DNA of 64,000 nucleotides from Octopus sinensis. Its lineage: Eukaryota. Location: the NCBI RefSeq assembly GCF_006345805.1, contig NC_043013.1, forward strand, positions 32,178,001 through 32,242,000, read 5' to 3'. This document shows, piece by piece, positions 62,677-64,000 of this stretch; within the stretch, counting starts at the first letter, position 1, and each line of letters starts with the position of its first letter. Position numbers and translations under genes: made by a program. The notes below the pieces were generated by a model. That model worked only from the letters and a program-made list of their open reading frames with translations. It did not search any database and was not told where the DNA came from.

Positions 62677-63274
62677 TATATATATAAACAAATGAATAAT
62701 AATAGATGAGTGTACAGGTACTAATTCCTTACGGCCGTTTCTACCACGAGGCAACAAAAACTTCCAATATATCTTCACCCCGTCAGTGATATACAGGGAT
62801 CAATAGACATTGGATAGTGTTTGGATAATGAATGTACCCCTAAGCTTCTTCATAGGGTGCAAATGTTAGGAAACTAACATGTGTGAAAGTCTGTTAAAAA
62901 ACAGAGTAGGGTAAAATAGAATGAAATAATGTGATAGACATAGTAAGGAAAGGTAAGGTAAGGACTTCAATAAAGGTGTTAATATAATCCACGTCAGTTA
63001 TTCCATCCTCTGGTATGTAGGTGAATAAAGTCTCACTCAGGAGGAATTTCTGGAGGCTGCGGTACACATCGTGTTTTCATCTTTTATTATTCATTTGTTT
63101 CTATATATATATATGTATTTATGTGTGTGTGTGTATGTGTATCTGTTTATGCATTTATTGGCTTATTTCATTCGTTAATTTGTTTATAATCATTTAATAA
63201 TTAGATACAATTGAATGTTTACTGGCTGATGTTTGTCCATTGTATATCCTCTCCATTTTCTTATTTGCCTTATA
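62482..63274. mobile_element. Foldback/MITE-like element with ~220-bp inverted arms and TA ends
   Basis: 62482-62715 is the reverse complement of 63062-63274 (one ~17-bp indel); 346-bp spacer. Confidence 0.8.
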
Positions 63275-63289
63275 TATATACAACGGATT

Positions 63290-63378
63290 TCTTTCGGTTT
63301 CCATCTACCAAATTCTATCACCAGGCTTTTGTCAGTCCGAGCCATTAGTAGAGGACTCTTACCACACAGCTACGCCTA
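63290..63378 (-). mobile_element. SINE family B, deleted 5' fragment
   Basis: ctttcggtttccatctaccaaa...cttaccacacagctacgcc. Confidence 0.6.
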
Positions 63379-63814
63379 TACATAAGAGGATGCCGCAGTT
63401 GTAGTTTACATGTTTACAACAAGTTTTCTTTAAGATAATATAATTAGCCATTTTTCTCATAATTTAATTCCACTGCAAGATGAGAAAAACCGTGGTTAGA
63501 CGAAAAAATAACATTAATGAAATTACTTTTGTACGTTCATACTCATCATTTGTAAAAGATATTTAAATATATTAGAGTGCTGTTATATTGTGTAGCATGA
63601 ATATTTAATGATAATTTATTCATTATTTATTAAATATAATTTGCAGTTTACATGCATAACTTACAATTACTGAAAATTTATTTTACAAAAATATATAATT
63701 GGTTTACTTTGGTTCCAACTATTCAAATTTCATTATTTGGACGGCATTGTTGTAGATGGGAGATAACCTTGAACACACAAAAGCCGAACTCGAACACACA
63801 TACACACATACACG

Positions 63815-63852
<38 letters not shown>

Positions 63853-63883
63853 AGTAAATATTCAAATTAATATTCATATACAC

Positions 63884-63885
<2 letters not shown>

Positions 63886-63918
<33 letters not shown>

Positions 63919-63957
63919 CAGCAGCAGCAGCAACAGCAGCAGCAGAAGCAACAGCAA

Positions 63958-63990
<33 letters not shown>

Positions 63991-64000
63991 TAGTAGTAGC
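63886..64000. repeat. (GTA)n/(GCA)n trinucleotide repeat
   Basis: Direct reading. Confidence 0.95.

Noticed and set aside
63916-63975. PolyQ coding exon
   Set aside because: The CAG/GCA run is embedded in a (GTA)n array at the window edge.

Overview
AT-rich, microsatellite-saturated eukaryotic intronic/intergenic DNA. The SINE families and the repeat load resemble a coleoid cephalopod (octopus-type) genome; this is an inference, not a database match. No protein-coding host gene can be called confidently, and most entries in the ORF track are simple-repeat artefacts. The window holds many copies of two tRNA-derived SINE families, decayed non-LTR retroelement fragments (R4/Dong-like RT and RLE, RTE, CR1/L2-like, Penelope-like), a decayed Tc1 transposase, a Tigger N-terminal fragment, Helentron/DINE-1-like elements, a TTAGGG-containing TIR element, and several long inverted repeats. 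The most notable result is about 10 type I hammerhead ribozyme (HHR)-like motifs, read by eye. One sits in each unit of a ~566-bp tandem-plus-inverted array at 41.9-43.9 kb (retrozyme/Penelope pseudo-LTR-like architecture), and two recurrent non-canonical core variants occur. A ~2-kb ORF1/gag-only retroelement (CCHC knuckle, no RT) at 23.8-25.8 kb and a TIR element that captured 250 bp of foreign flank also deserve follow-up. All RNA folds are manual predictions and ribozyme activity is untested.
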